The notes beneath the pieces are model-generated. The model was not told the DNA's origin, did not search any database, and was given only the letters and a program-made list of their open reading frames with translations. Both the position numbers and the translations under genes were made by a program. From Caldilineales bacterium (GTDB taxonomy: Bacteria > Chloroflexota > Anaerolineae > Caldilineales > Caldilineaceae), in the NCBI GenBank assembly GCA_038225095.1, contig JBBREZ010000001.1, forward strand, positions 1 through 51,584: a stretch of DNA of 51,584 nucleotides. Direction: 5' to 3'. This document shows, in pieces, positions 35,057 to 45,824 of the stretch; position 1 is the first letter of the stretch, and each line of letters begins with the position of its first letter.

Positions 35057-36088
35057 ATGCAAGCCCCCCTTCCGATAGCTGGCCCGCTCACGCTGGGTGA
35101 TCTCTTAGACCGCGCCTTTCGCATCTACCGGGCGCGCTTTGGCCTCTTCATCATCACCGGGGCAATCTTTTTGGTGCCATTGGGCATTCTCTCGGGTCTG
35201 CTTTCGGGCAATTTCATGACCAACTATCTCACCTTCTTCACGCAAATGATGCAGAATCCGCAGACGCCGCCGGATGAGAATATGCTCAAGTTGTTGCAGT
35301 ACAACAACGGATCGCTCTATCTCACCTATTTGCTACTGCCCTTGAGCCTGGTAATCAGCGCGCTGGTAAATCTGGCGCTAACCTATCAATGTATTGCCGT
35401 GTTGCACAACGAGGAATTGTCACTGGGGGCCAGTCTGCGCATAGCCTTGAGCCGTTGCTGGGCCTATCTACGCATGATAATTGTTAAATGGCTGGCGATT
35501 GTCTTTGCGATGGGCGTTGCCTTGCTCCCCCTGGTCTGTATTTTCGTTGCCGTTGCCTTTGCTGCGTCTGGCATTTTTTCACCATCAACCGGCAGGTCTG
35601 ATGGGCGCGCGACGGCCGAAATTTTTGGTATGATTGCCTTAGTATGCTGCGGCTACCTCGCCCTAATCTTGTTGATGCTAGCGCCCCTTGCCTATTTGGG
35701 TGGGCGGTGGGTGGTGGCGGCGCCCGGATTGGTCGAGCAACGGTGGGGGCCAGTCGAGGCGCTACGCAATAGTTGGGCATTGACAAAAGGCCAGACGCGT
35801 CGTTGCATCTTATATGTGGTATTGATGTATGTGCTCTATTTTGTGATCTACGGCATGATCAATGGGCTGGCCTATGCCGTGTTGGCCATTACCTGGGCGA
35901 AGGTGCCAAACGCTGGCATGATTATCTTTAGCGCAGTCAACGCCATCTTGCCCGTGCTCTGGCAGCCGCTCGCCACCGCCGCCATCGTTATGCTCTACTA
36001 CGATTTGCGCGTCCGCCAGGAAGGCTATGATCTAGATTTGCGCGTGCAACAGTTGGAAGCCGAACTGCAACCGTCTTCAACGCACTAG
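35057..36088 (+). CDS. Polytopic membrane protein (343 aa), first gene of the MoxR-associated cluster
   Basis: About 7 hydrophobic segments. SD aagga precedes the ATG. It is co-directional and tightly spaced with the following three genes. Confidence 0.65.
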   Translation: MQAPLPIAGPLTLGDLLDRAFRIYRARFGLFIITGAIFLVPLGILSGLLSGNFMTNYLTFFTQMMQNPQTPPDENMLKLLQYNNGSLYLTYLLLPLSLVISALVNLALTYQCIAVLHNEELSLGASLRIALSRCWAYLRMIIVKWLAIVFAMGVALLPLVCIFVAVAFAASGIFSPSTGRSDGRATAEIFGMIALVCCGYLALILLMLAPLAYLGGRWVVAAPGLVEQRWGPVEALRNSWALTKGQTRRCILYVVLMYVLYFVIYGMINGLAYAVLAITWAKVPNAGMIIFSAVNAILPVLWQPLATAAIVMLYYDLRVRQEGYDLDLRVQQLEAELQPSSTH

Positions 36089-36102
36089 GCATAAACAGGG
36101 AA

Positions 36103-37104
36103 ATGAAACTAGTAATACGAAGCTGTAGGCAGACTGTTCTCCTCTATCTGGTGATCGTTGTCCTTTTGATCTGGCAACCAATGCTGGTGCGGGCGCAAAC
36201 GCAGCCGCCAATTATTTCGCTTGAAGCATACAAAGCCCGCTTGGCAAATACATTGCAGGCGCTCGAACAGATGGCAAGTGCACCAGCCAATCAGCGCACA
36301 GAAAATTTGACGAGTGTACAGAAAGATCTGGCCGCCATTCAAAAAGTACGTTTACCTTCTGGCCAACTCGTCACGCTGCAACCTTTGCTCGGCGCGGTGG
36401 CTGATAAACTGCCCACACAGGAAATCGCGCTAGCCCGCGTTCAGCTTGTCTTAGATCAATTGAACGCAGCCGCCGATGACAACACAGCAGCGCGCTTGGC
36501 CTTGCTCCAAGCCGTGCTGGCGCAACCAGAATTCAACACACCAGTGAGTTTATGGGATCGCTTTTGGCGTTGGCTGCGCTCGTTCTTGCCCGAACTGGAT
36601 ACCAATCCTGTCAGCCAGGGAACAGGGACAGTCATGCGCCTGCTCGTATGGGCAATCGCCGGGATTGGCGGTATTTTGCTAATTTTCCTGCTCAGCTATT
36701 GGTTACAAAGTTTGCTGGGCAATTTTGTAACTGACTTTGAGGCGCGCCGCCGCTCGGCCAAGGGCATGGAGTTACCATTGACCGCCAGCGATGCCCGCCG
36801 TCAAGCCAGCGCGTTAGCCCAAATTGGCAACTATCGCGACGCGGTGCGCCAACTCTATCTCGCCGCCTTGCTCTCCTTAGAAGAACGGCATCTGCTCACC
36901 TATGACCGCAGCCTGACCAACCGCGAGGTGCTGGCGCAGTTACGTGAGCACCCCAGCGTGCAAAATCATCTGCAACCCGTCGTCGCAACGTTTGATAATG
37001 TTTGGTATGGCATCCAGGAACCAGATCAGGCCACGTTTACTGATTACGAACGCGAGATCGATCAAATTGAGCGATTAGGGCAAACGCCAACCGATAAAAG
37101 ATAA
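36103..37104 (+). CDS. DUF4129-like protein (signal/TM, central TM, C-terminal helical domain)
   Basis: The C-terminal ...YDRSLTNREVLAQLREHP....VVATFDNVWYG... resembles the DUF4129 signature. The position upstream of DUF4350 and MoxR is the usual one for that family. Confidence 0.55.
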   Translation: MKLVIRSCRQTVLLYLVIVVLLIWQPMLVRAQTQPPIISLEAYKARLANTLQALEQMASAPANQRTENLTSVQKDLAAIQKVRLPSGQLVTLQPLLGAVADKLPTQEIALARVQLVLDQLNAAADDNTAARLALLQAVLAQPEFNTPVSLWDRFWRWLRSFLPELDTNPVSQGTGTVMRLLVWAIAGIGGILLIFLLSYWLQSLLGNFVTDFEARRRSAKGMELPLTASDARRQASALAQIGNYRDAVRQLYLAALLSLEERHLLTYDRSLTNREVLAQLREHPSVQNHLQPVVATFDNVWYGIQEPDQATFTDYEREIDQIERLGQTPTDKR

Positions 37105-38285
37105 TGGCTCGTTCATTCACAACGCGTAATTTACAACTGCTGCTCAGTCTAGCGCTGCTCTTAGTGCTCGTACTATTGGCTGCCCTCTTTAGCAGACCAA
37201 ACACCATGCGTGTCTACGATTTGGACGCCAACGGCACAGACGGACTGCGCGCCTTGCGTCTGTGGCTGGAAAAAATGGACTATACGGTCGAGCGTACGGG
37301 CAATCGCACGTTTGCCTTGCCCGCCGATGTGCGTCTACTTTTTGTCTATCCGAACCTAGAACCGTTCAGCGCCGAAGAAGCGACGCTGCTCCACGATTGG
37401 GTGGCCAACGGCCATACGCTCGTGCTGATTGGGCCGACAGCAGACGAAGTCGCACTCGCTGCAACGTTTGGCGTTGCCAGCAAAGCGAACGCTCAATTCT
37501 TACAAGCCACCGTCCAACAACAGCCGCTATTGCCCGCCAGTGATCCCACCTTTCGCCAAGTCAACCCCAATTTTTCAGTGCTAGATTTGGCAAAGGCGCC
37601 AGATGCAGTCACTGTGCTGGCGACTGAAAACCAAAAACCCTTGGTTGCCGTTCGGCGATTGAAGCGCGGCGTCATCTGGTATCTGAGCGAAGATTTTGCG
37701 CTGACGAATGAACAATTGCACGACAAAAATGTGGCCGCGCTGTTGCCAGCCTTGTTGCGCACCGCAGTGGCGCCTGGCAAAATCCTGTTCGACACCTATC
37801 ATCTCTACGGCCCAGATTTGAGTGGAAATTCAGCGAAAAAGATTACTAGCTTGCAAGAGTGGCTGGTTGGCTCGCCCTTTGGCTGGGCTACGCTGTTTGC
37901 ACTCGGCGTCATTTTACTATATCTGCTCCTACAGGGTCAACGGCTGGGACCCGCGCTGCCTGCACCACAAGCGACCCGCCGACGTGAAGCAGCCGAATAT
38001 GTGCAAGCAATGGCCGCCTTATATCGGCGTGCGCAACAACTTGAGGCGGTGGCGCAACATCACAAACGCCGCCTCAAGTTGGGCTTGGGCCGTCCCTTAC
38101 ACATCAGCATCGAGCTGTCCGACGCTGAGTTTATCCAACGGCTCCAAGCCACTGACCAAAATCTGCGCGATGATGAAGTGCAAACAATTCAGCAATTGCT
38201 GCACAACCTTGACAACCAAACCAACGAAGGCGTACTAGTGCACATGGCGGCGAAGATCGATGAAGTTTTAGCGACGAAAAAGTGA
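37104..38285 (+). CDS. DUF4350-like protein
   Basis: N-terminal TM helix, ...LLFVYPNLEPFSAEEATLLHDWVANGHTLVLIGP... (glutamine-amidotransferase-like fold motif of DUF4350), and a second TM helix near residue 260. Its start overlaps the upstream stop (TAATG). Confidence 0.55.
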   Translation: MARSFTTRNLQLLLSLALLLVLVLLAALFSRPNTMRVYDLDANGTDGLRALRLWLEKMDYTVERTGNRTFALPADVRLLFVYPNLEPFSAEEATLLHDWVANGHTLVLIGPTADEVALAATFGVASKANAQFLQATVQQQPLLPASDPTFRQVNPNFSVLDLAKAPDAVTVLATENQKPLVAVRRLKRGVIWYLSEDFALTNEQLHDKNVAALLPALLRTAVAPGKILFDTYHLYGPDLSGNSAKKITSLQEWLVGSPFGWATLFALGVILLYLLLQGQRLGPALPAPQATRRREAAEYVQAMAALYRRAQQLEAVAQHHKRRLKLGLGRPLHISIELSDAEFIQRLQATDQNLRDDEVQTIQQLLHNLDNQTNEGVLVHMAAKIDEVLATKK

Positions 38286-38488
38286 TAAGGAATGACGATT
38301 AAATAAGTTGTCCATTTCGGAGATTAAAGCGTAGAGATTAGAGATGACAAGGCAACCATCGCCAATCTCCAAGTTATTGAATCGCTACACCTTATTGATG
38401 AGTCACCGTCCTTACTCACTTATCACTCGTCACTTGTTACGTCCTACTATCACGCCAATTCCTACCCATCAACAACCGAGGCAAATTC

Positions 38489-39436
<948 letters not shown>

Positions 39437-39568
39437 AGAATAATCACAGACATACCTGCGCAGACATGTGCATCCACTGTAATTCTTTGCGACTATGGGC
39501 GGTAGTGGTAAACTGATTTTGTATTTGTAGGAGGCTGAATTTTGGATCAATTATCGCTGGAGAAATAG

Positions 39569-39799
<231 letters not shown>

Positions 39800-39807
39800 G
39801 TAACGGC

Positions 39808-40056
39808 ATGAAGTTCAAAGTTGATGAGAATTTGCCCGTGGAAGTGGCTGAGCTGTTGCGGCAGGCTGGGTATGACGCAGCAACCGTATTCGATGAAAAG
39901 CTTGCTGGTGAAACTGACCGCACGATCGCGGCAGTTTGTCGATTAGAGCAGCGCGCCATCGTTACACTGGATGTTGAGATAAGTGGGCGTCTCAACATCG
40001 TTGTTCGGCAACATAAAGATCGACGGCTCTTCGTTCACCTGATCCGGGTCGCATAG
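39808..40056 (+). pseudogene. DUF5615 (PIN-like, Mut7-C-type) toxin-like gene, 3'-truncated
   Basis: MKFKVDENLPVEVAELLRQAGYDAATVFDEKLAGETDRTIAAVCRLEQRAIVTLD matches DUF5615 up to about residue 55 (position ~39972). The expected D-F... continuation is replaced by an unrelated reading across the antisense phosphatase fragment. Confidence 0.6.
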
Positions 40057-40245
40057 GTCGAGAATGGTACGTACACCATAGTCAAGCAGCGCCTGCTGGC
40101 CTTCAGTGGTCAGTCGCGCCGGAATATCAGAGCGAATAATTGCTCGCCAGCGAGTCACACCACCGTCAACGGTAAGCAGCCCACCCAAATCGCGTACATT
40201 GTAACTAGCAGGCCAGTTGAGGGTACGGGTTGAGTTGCTTGTCAT
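39943..40245 (-). pseudogene. Tyrosine-protein phosphatase (Y_phosphatase3-like), N-terminal fragment only
   Basis: YNVRDLGGLLTVDGGVTRWRAIIRSDIPARLTTEGQQALLDYGVRTILDLCDPDQVNEEP matches the first ~80 aa of this ~250-aa family. The catalytic C-x5-R region is absent. Confidence 0.6.
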
Positions 40246-40321
40246 TCGTTACTTGTTGTACGAAAATTTTACTTTATCCGAGGCAATCCAGTTACACAGA
40301 CTATCTGACTCTCTACTATAC

Positions 40322-40609
40322 TTAAGTACCCATACGCGTAGAGATCTTTTCGGCAATCACGCCTTCTAGTTCCTCATCGGTCACCCACTCGTCGGGCTGT
40401 ATCTCTTCTTCGATCCACTTTGCTTCTAGCCTAAGTTTTAGATTACGCAATTCGAGTGCTATCGCATCCTACCGTTCAATAGAGACCAAAACGGCGCGTG
40501 GCTTGCTGCGTTGGGCGAGAATCACAGGCGCTTTATCTACCATAGCCAGCACTTGTGTCTGGTTCATGTGCATGTCTCTGATTAGGACAATCTGTTGCAT
40601 TGTTTGCAT
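40322..40609 (-). pseudogene. Phd/YefM-family antitoxin gene interrupted by one in-frame TAG (codon 47, 40469-40471)
   Basis: The strong SD aaggag is 5 nt upstream of the ATG at 40609. The reading is MQTMQQIVLIRDMHMNQTQVLAMVDKAPVILAQRSKPRAVLVSIER*DAIALELRNLKLRLEAKWIEEEIQPDEWVTDEELEGVIAEKISTRMGT. The frame stays open to TAA 40322-40324. The intact paralogue at 15308-15613 has W at the equivalent position (VSAEEWNE). Confidence 0.65.
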
Positions 40610-40796
40610 AGAAACTCCTTTAGTTGGCAATCAAAAGTATAATACTTGCCAAGTATAGACAATTGTACATGTAGCCGCAAGTTCAAAATTGTCAATGCAC
40701 CTGAAAAAATGCAAAGATCGCACAACCGATGGTACACTTACATATTGTAAAAATTTGCGCGCAAAAACCATTTAAATTTTCAAAAGGCATTTTATA

Positions 40797-41897
<1,101 letters not shown>

Positions 41898-41927
41898 GTA
41901 GGCATAGTCATTAACCATCAACGTTTA

Positions 41928-42110
41928 CACCATTACATTGCAGCATGCCTACTATCCAGTCCTGATGACGACATCTTTTTGTTATGTGCGGCCGTAGCAA
42001 ACGCAGTTTATGTTGTAACGAACGACAAGCATCTATTAGCACTCAAAACTTATCGTGGGATCGTCATCGGCACCATTGGGGAATTTTTCACGTACGGGCT
42101 TAACAGTTAA
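41928..42110 (+). pseudogene. PIN-domain toxin, C-terminal remnant (~50-60 codons)
   Basis: ..SSPDDDIFLLCAAVANAVYVVTNDKHLLALKTYRGIVIGTIGEFF.. matches the C-terminal third of TIGR00305-type PIN proteins (DpDDd.fL.cA.a..adyiVT.Dk.LL.L..y.gi.I.tp.eF). There is no N-terminal catalytic part, no start codon, and it begins right after the ychF stop. Confidence 0.6.
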
Positions 42111-42121
42111 TGCGTATTAGA

Positions 42122-42237
42122 GACGGTCTGAAAAGACTTCGTAGGTGCGGTTTGTAACCGCACAATCAGGGGGTGACCGAGAACGTGCGGTTACAAACCG
42201 CACCTACGAAGTCCTTGATCCACCCTTTTCAGACCGT
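42122..42237. repeat. REP-like hairpin (GTAGG...CCTAC, 23-bp perfect arms) nested within a longer imperfect palindrome
   Basis: The inner arms gtaggtgcggtttgtaaccgcac (42141-42163) and gtgcggttacaaaccgcacctac (42185-42207) are exact complements. The outer acggtctgaaaag..gacttc pairs with gaagtc..cttttcagaccgt. Confidence 0.9.
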
Positions 42238-42261
42238 TTCTTAGAGAATGGCGCAATTTAT

Positions 42262-43278
42262 ATGAACAGTAATCTTACGCTTATCCTCCCCGATGCACCC
42301 GCAATTCCAACGCTAATCTTTCGCCACTTCCACGATGCCACTGATCATGCTGGCATGGCGGCGGTGCACGAAAATTCGCACACCTGGGATCAGGTTGACC
42401 CGCGCTCGGCGCGTGAGGGTGTCCCGACAGCGGCAGATTTGGCGGCCACTTTTCCCGAAGCTGAGATGCTGGATAACGCGGATCTGTTGATCGTTGCCAT
42501 CGACCAAGAAATTATTGGCTATAACCACGTGCGGTGGCGCTGGACAGAAGTTACGGGGGTCCGGGTCTATTTGCATCTTGGTTATCTGCTGCCCGCCTGG
42601 CGCGGCAAAGGGATTGGCCAGGCGATGTTGGGTTGGGCGCAACAGCGCATTCGCGAGCTTGCCGCCAGCGAGCAAATTGATAGCCGCGCCACCTTTGCCA
42701 CCAATGTTTCGAGCACGGAAGTAGAAGCGGACGCACTCATGCGCCAGGCGGGCTATGACGCAGTGCGCCGGCTCAGCGACATGGTGCTCGAACCCAGGCT
42801 ACCAATTTCAACACGCCCATTGCCGGCGAGCATCAACCTGCGCTCGGTTGAACCCGACCAGTATCCGGCCATCTATCAAGCCTGGAAAGATGCATTTCGC
42901 GCCAACTGGACAAGCCGACCCGAAAGTGAAGCAGACTACCAAGATTTTTTAGCCGACAACGTAAAGGGCGACAACTTCGATCCCAGCCTCTGGCAGATTG
43001 CCTGGGCAGATGATCAAGTCGTCGGGTTAGTCTTCGCGCGGATTGGCGGGGAGGTTGGCGTGTTTCCTGAAGTGGCCGTCCGCCAAGCTTGGCAACGGCG
43101 TGGGATCGCGCGGACGTTAATGCTCGGCGCGCTGGCTGAATTACAGCAACGGGGCATTCGTCATATACGCCTGTTCACCGACGCCGATGACGGGCACGGC
43201 GCGCGTAGTCTCTACGAAAGTCTGGGTTTTCGCGAGGTCAAGCAGCACATCTTCTATCGAAAACCGCTCACGCCGTAA
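42262..43278 (+). CDS. Two-domain GNAT N-acetyltransferase (mycothiol-synthase-like architecture)
   Basis: There are two acetyl-CoA motif-A regions (LLPAWRGKGIGQAML and VRQAWQRRGIARTLM). I chose the ATG at 42262 because the ORF-track start at 42145 lies inside the REP palindrome. Confidence 0.75.
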   Translation: MNSNLTLILPDAPAIPTLIFRHFHDATDHAGMAAVHENSHTWDQVDPRSAREGVPTAADLAATFPEAEMLDNADLLIVAIDQEIIGYNHVRWRWTEVTGVRVYLHLGYLLPAWRGKGIGQAMLGWAQQRIRELAASEQIDSRATFATNVSSTEVEADALMRQAGYDAVRRLSDMVLEPRLPISTRPLPASINLRSVEPDQYPAIYQAWKDAFRANWTSRPESEADYQDFLADNVKGDNFDPSLWQIAWADDQVVGLVFARIGGEVGVFPEVAVRQAWQRRGIARTLMLGALAELQQRGIRHIRLFTDADDGHGARSLYESLGFREVKQHIFYRKPLTP

Positions 43279-43279
43279 T

Positions 43280-43741
43280 ATGCCCAAAATTACCACCCGT
43301 CCGGTCACTGAAGCCAATTGGCGCACTGCGATTGCGCTTGATATACATCCAGAACAGCGCGACTTTACGCCAACCGTAGCAATTTCGTTAGCCAAAGCCT
43401 ATATCCAACCCGATGGCGCGGTCTATGATCCGGTTGCAATCTATGCTGGCCCTAAAATGATCGGCTTTTATAGCTTCATTTATATCCCCGGCAATTTGCA
43501 ATTCGCCTACTTCGGTGGTTTTTTAATCGATAAAGCCGAACAAGGGCGTGGCTATGGGCGAGCGGCGCTAGAGCATTTTTTACACTCGGTCAAACGCCGT
43601 CAACCAGACTGCAACGAAGTTTTACTAACTGTTCACTCGCGCAATCAGGTGGCCCAAAAACTTTATCAAAGCTGCGGTTTTGCCAAGACGGGCGATGTGA
43701 TTGATGGGGAAGCAGTGATGCGGTTGGTCTTGAAGAAGTGA
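43280..43741 (+). CDS. GNAT family N-acetyltransferase (153 aa)
   Basis: IDKAEQGRGYGRAAL...NQVAQKLYQSCGF is the GNAT motif A/B. The ATG lies 1 nt after the upstream TAA. Confidence 0.8.
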   Translation: MPKITTRPVTEANWRTAIALDIHPEQRDFTPTVAISLAKAYIQPDGAVYDPVAIYAGPKMIGFYSFIYIPGNLQFAYFGGFLIDKAEQGRGYGRAALEHFLHSVKRRQPDCNEVLLTVHSRNQVAQKLYQSCGFAKTGDVIDGEAVMRLVLKK

Positions 43742-43918
43742 GCCAAGCGCTGGGCAACACACCCATTGATATGGCCTACACGCTGCGGAGCGTCTAGACT
43801 GCGTTACGACGGAGACCGTCGTAACGAGCAGCCCTCCCTTATTCGTCACCACCCATTTCCTCGAACTATTTCCCAACATTCATCTAAACCTATCGTCGAT
43901 TGGTAAGAAAAACGACAA

Positions 43919-43947
43919 TTGACAGATATAACATCTTGGTATACAAT
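43919..43947 (+). promoter_or_regulatory. Sigma-70-type promoter of the sugar ABC importer operon
   Basis: TTGACA (43919-43924) - 17 nt - TACAAT (43942-43947). The leader to GTG 44180 is about 225 nt. Confidence 0.6.
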
Positions 43948-44179
43948 ATACAGTATCACACTCGGCTCCCCACCTACCGAGACAGTGCTTCCCAATTTTA
44001 AGTTGGCGGCCTAGAATGCCCGTAGGTTCGGTTAGTGTCAAAGCCAATCAATTTGAGTTTGTACGCTGGGGTTTACCTGGCTTAGCACGCTATCCGTCAT
44101 AGATCAGGCACCGCCATCGGCGCATCTTGTGCCGGTGATCATTGTCATTTCACGACGAAGATCAAAGGAGGACAGTTAC

Positions 44180-45526
44180 GTGTCTACCCCAAACTTACGC
44201 GGTGATCATGCATCCGCACCACTAAGCCGTCGCGCATTTTTGCGCTTATCGAGCACCATTGTTGGCACAACGGCGCTAGCAGCTTGTGTCGCGCCAGGCG
44301 CCCAAGCCCCATCTGGTGCACCGGCTGCCCAAAAGGCAGCGCTTACTTTTCTCAGTGGTGGCTGGTTCGTGCCAGAACTAGTCCAAGCATTTGATGCCTT
44401 TAGCAAAAAATGGGCCACGGAGAACAATGTCGATTTCACCATTGATCTGGTCACGAAAGGCATGGGTGAAAAGTTGGCCGCCGCCATTGAGGCGAAACAG
44501 GGCGCCAACCTGGCTCAGATCGACTATGCACCGGTTGCGATCAAGGCGGCGGTGGCGGATGTTTCCGACATTGCCAAAGATTTGATCGCTGAACAGGGTG
44601 AGTATTACGCACCTGCCAAATATCAGTGCACCAACGAAGGCAAATGGTTTGCGCTGCCCTTTGGTCAACATCCACGCATGGTCAATTATCGCGAGGATTG
44701 GTACAAGGAAGTTGGCTATGACAAATTTCCTGATACTTGGGACGAAGTACTGGTGGCGGGCCGCAAATTGAAAGCGAACGGCCATCCCTACGGTTGGACG
44801 ATGTCGGAGCAGTCACCCGCCGACGGCGTCGCGGCTTGTTTGACGATCTTGTGGTCGTTTGGTGGCAAAGAATGGAATGATGACGGTTCGGTGGCGCTAG
44901 ATTCTAAAGCGACGCTGGCGGCGCTAGATTTTGCCATTCAACTTTACAAAGATACTTGCGACCCGGCGGTGACTTCCTATCAGGAGGCGTCCAATAACCA
45001 GGCCTTCCTGGCCGGGCAGATCTCCATGACCTACAATGTGAATAGTATTTATATCCCTGCCTTGAAAAACGCGCCTGACGTGGCGAAAAACATGAATCAC
45101 GCCGGTCCACCGAAAGGCCCTGGTGGTCGCTATGGCTATACGGGCGTTGCCGATATGATCTTGCTGAATTACACCCAGGGGGCCGACCTCGACGCGGCCA
45201 GAAAATTCATGCGTGATTTCTTTAGCGTTAAAACCTATGGTGACTTTTTGAAACTTGGCCAGGGTTATCTGATCCCAGCCAATGCCGCTTATAACGATAA
45301 ACCGATCTGGCCGGAAGATCCGAAATTGCAAGCGGTGAAGACGGTGGGAGCGGTGGGTCGCCTGAATGGATATTCTTTACCCTTCCCCAATGCGGTAGCC
45401 GCAGCCATGCAGACGCAAGTGGTCATTCCAAAGATGTTCTCGGTTGCCTGCACTGGTGGTAATGCCAACGCTGCGCTCGACGCCGCATTAAAAGAGATCA
45501 AGGACATCCAAGCCCAGGCGGCGTAG
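44180..45526 (+). CDS. ABC transporter substrate-binding lipoprotein (family 1, carbohydrate type) with a Tat-like signal
   Basis: The GTG at 44180 is 7 nt after aaaggagga. SRRAFLRLSSTIVGTTALAAC is a twin-arginine signal plus lipobox. The overall length and composition fit CUT1 solute-binding proteins. Confidence 0.85.
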   Translation: MSTPNLRGDHASAPLSRRAFLRLSSTIVGTTALAACVAPGAQAPSGAPAAQKAALTFLSGGWFVPELVQAFDAFSKKWATENNVDFTIDLVTKGMGEKLAAAIEAKQGANLAQIDYAPVAIKAAVADVSDIAKDLIAEQGEYYAPAKYQCTNEGKWFALPFGQHPRMVNYREDWYKEVGYDKFPDTWDEVLVAGRKLKANGHPYGWTMSEQSPADGVAACLTILWSFGGKEWNDDGSVALDSKATLAALDFAIQLYKDTCDPAVTSYQEASNNQAFLAGQISMTYNVNSIYIPALKNAPDVAKNMNHAGPPKGPGGRYGYTGVADMILLNYTQGADLDAARKFMRDFFSVKTYGDFLKLGQGYLIPANAAYNDKPIWPEDPKLQAVKTVGAVGRLNGYSLPFPNAVAAAMQTQVVIPKMFSVACTGGNANAALDAALKEIKDIQAQAA

Positions 45527-45573
45527 ACAGTCGCTTGACGGGCTGATTACTCAATGTCGTTAAGCGTAAAACA

Positions 45574-45778
45574 GGAGATTAGAGATTAGGAGATTAAGGC
45601 CATTTCAATGAAATAAGTATCCAGTGTTTGCCGAACAAAATCATTCGTAGGTGCGTGCTTTTAGCCGCACGGTCTGCGTATACCCCAATTTTGCGGCTAA
45701 AAGCACGCACCTACAGGATACTTTATTCTTTGATTGCGCCTAAGAGATAAAGAACGATCAATCTCCTAATCTCTAATC
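45574..45778. repeat. ~205-bp composite nested palindrome between the binding-protein and permease genes
   Basis: The outer arms ggagattagagattaggagatt / aatctcctaatctctaatc are of word type. The middle arms are gaaataagtatcc / ggatactttattc. The inner REP-like hairpin has perfect 23-bp arms gtaggtgcgtgcttttagccgca (45647-45669) / tgcggctaaaagcacgcacctac (45692-45714). Confidence 0.9.
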
Positions 45779-45824
45779 GCTCAATCTCTCCTACTTAACT
45801 TACCCAGCCCGTGTAACGGAGGCA

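Noticed and set aside
43954-44179. The ~225-nt leader between the 43919 promoter and the binding-protein gene might be a riboswitch or attenuator.
   Set aside because: Only short local stems are present (ctcgg..ccgag, caccg..cggtg). There is no terminator-like hairpin with a U-tract and no motif I recognise. A long 5' UTR or a different TSS is equally likely.
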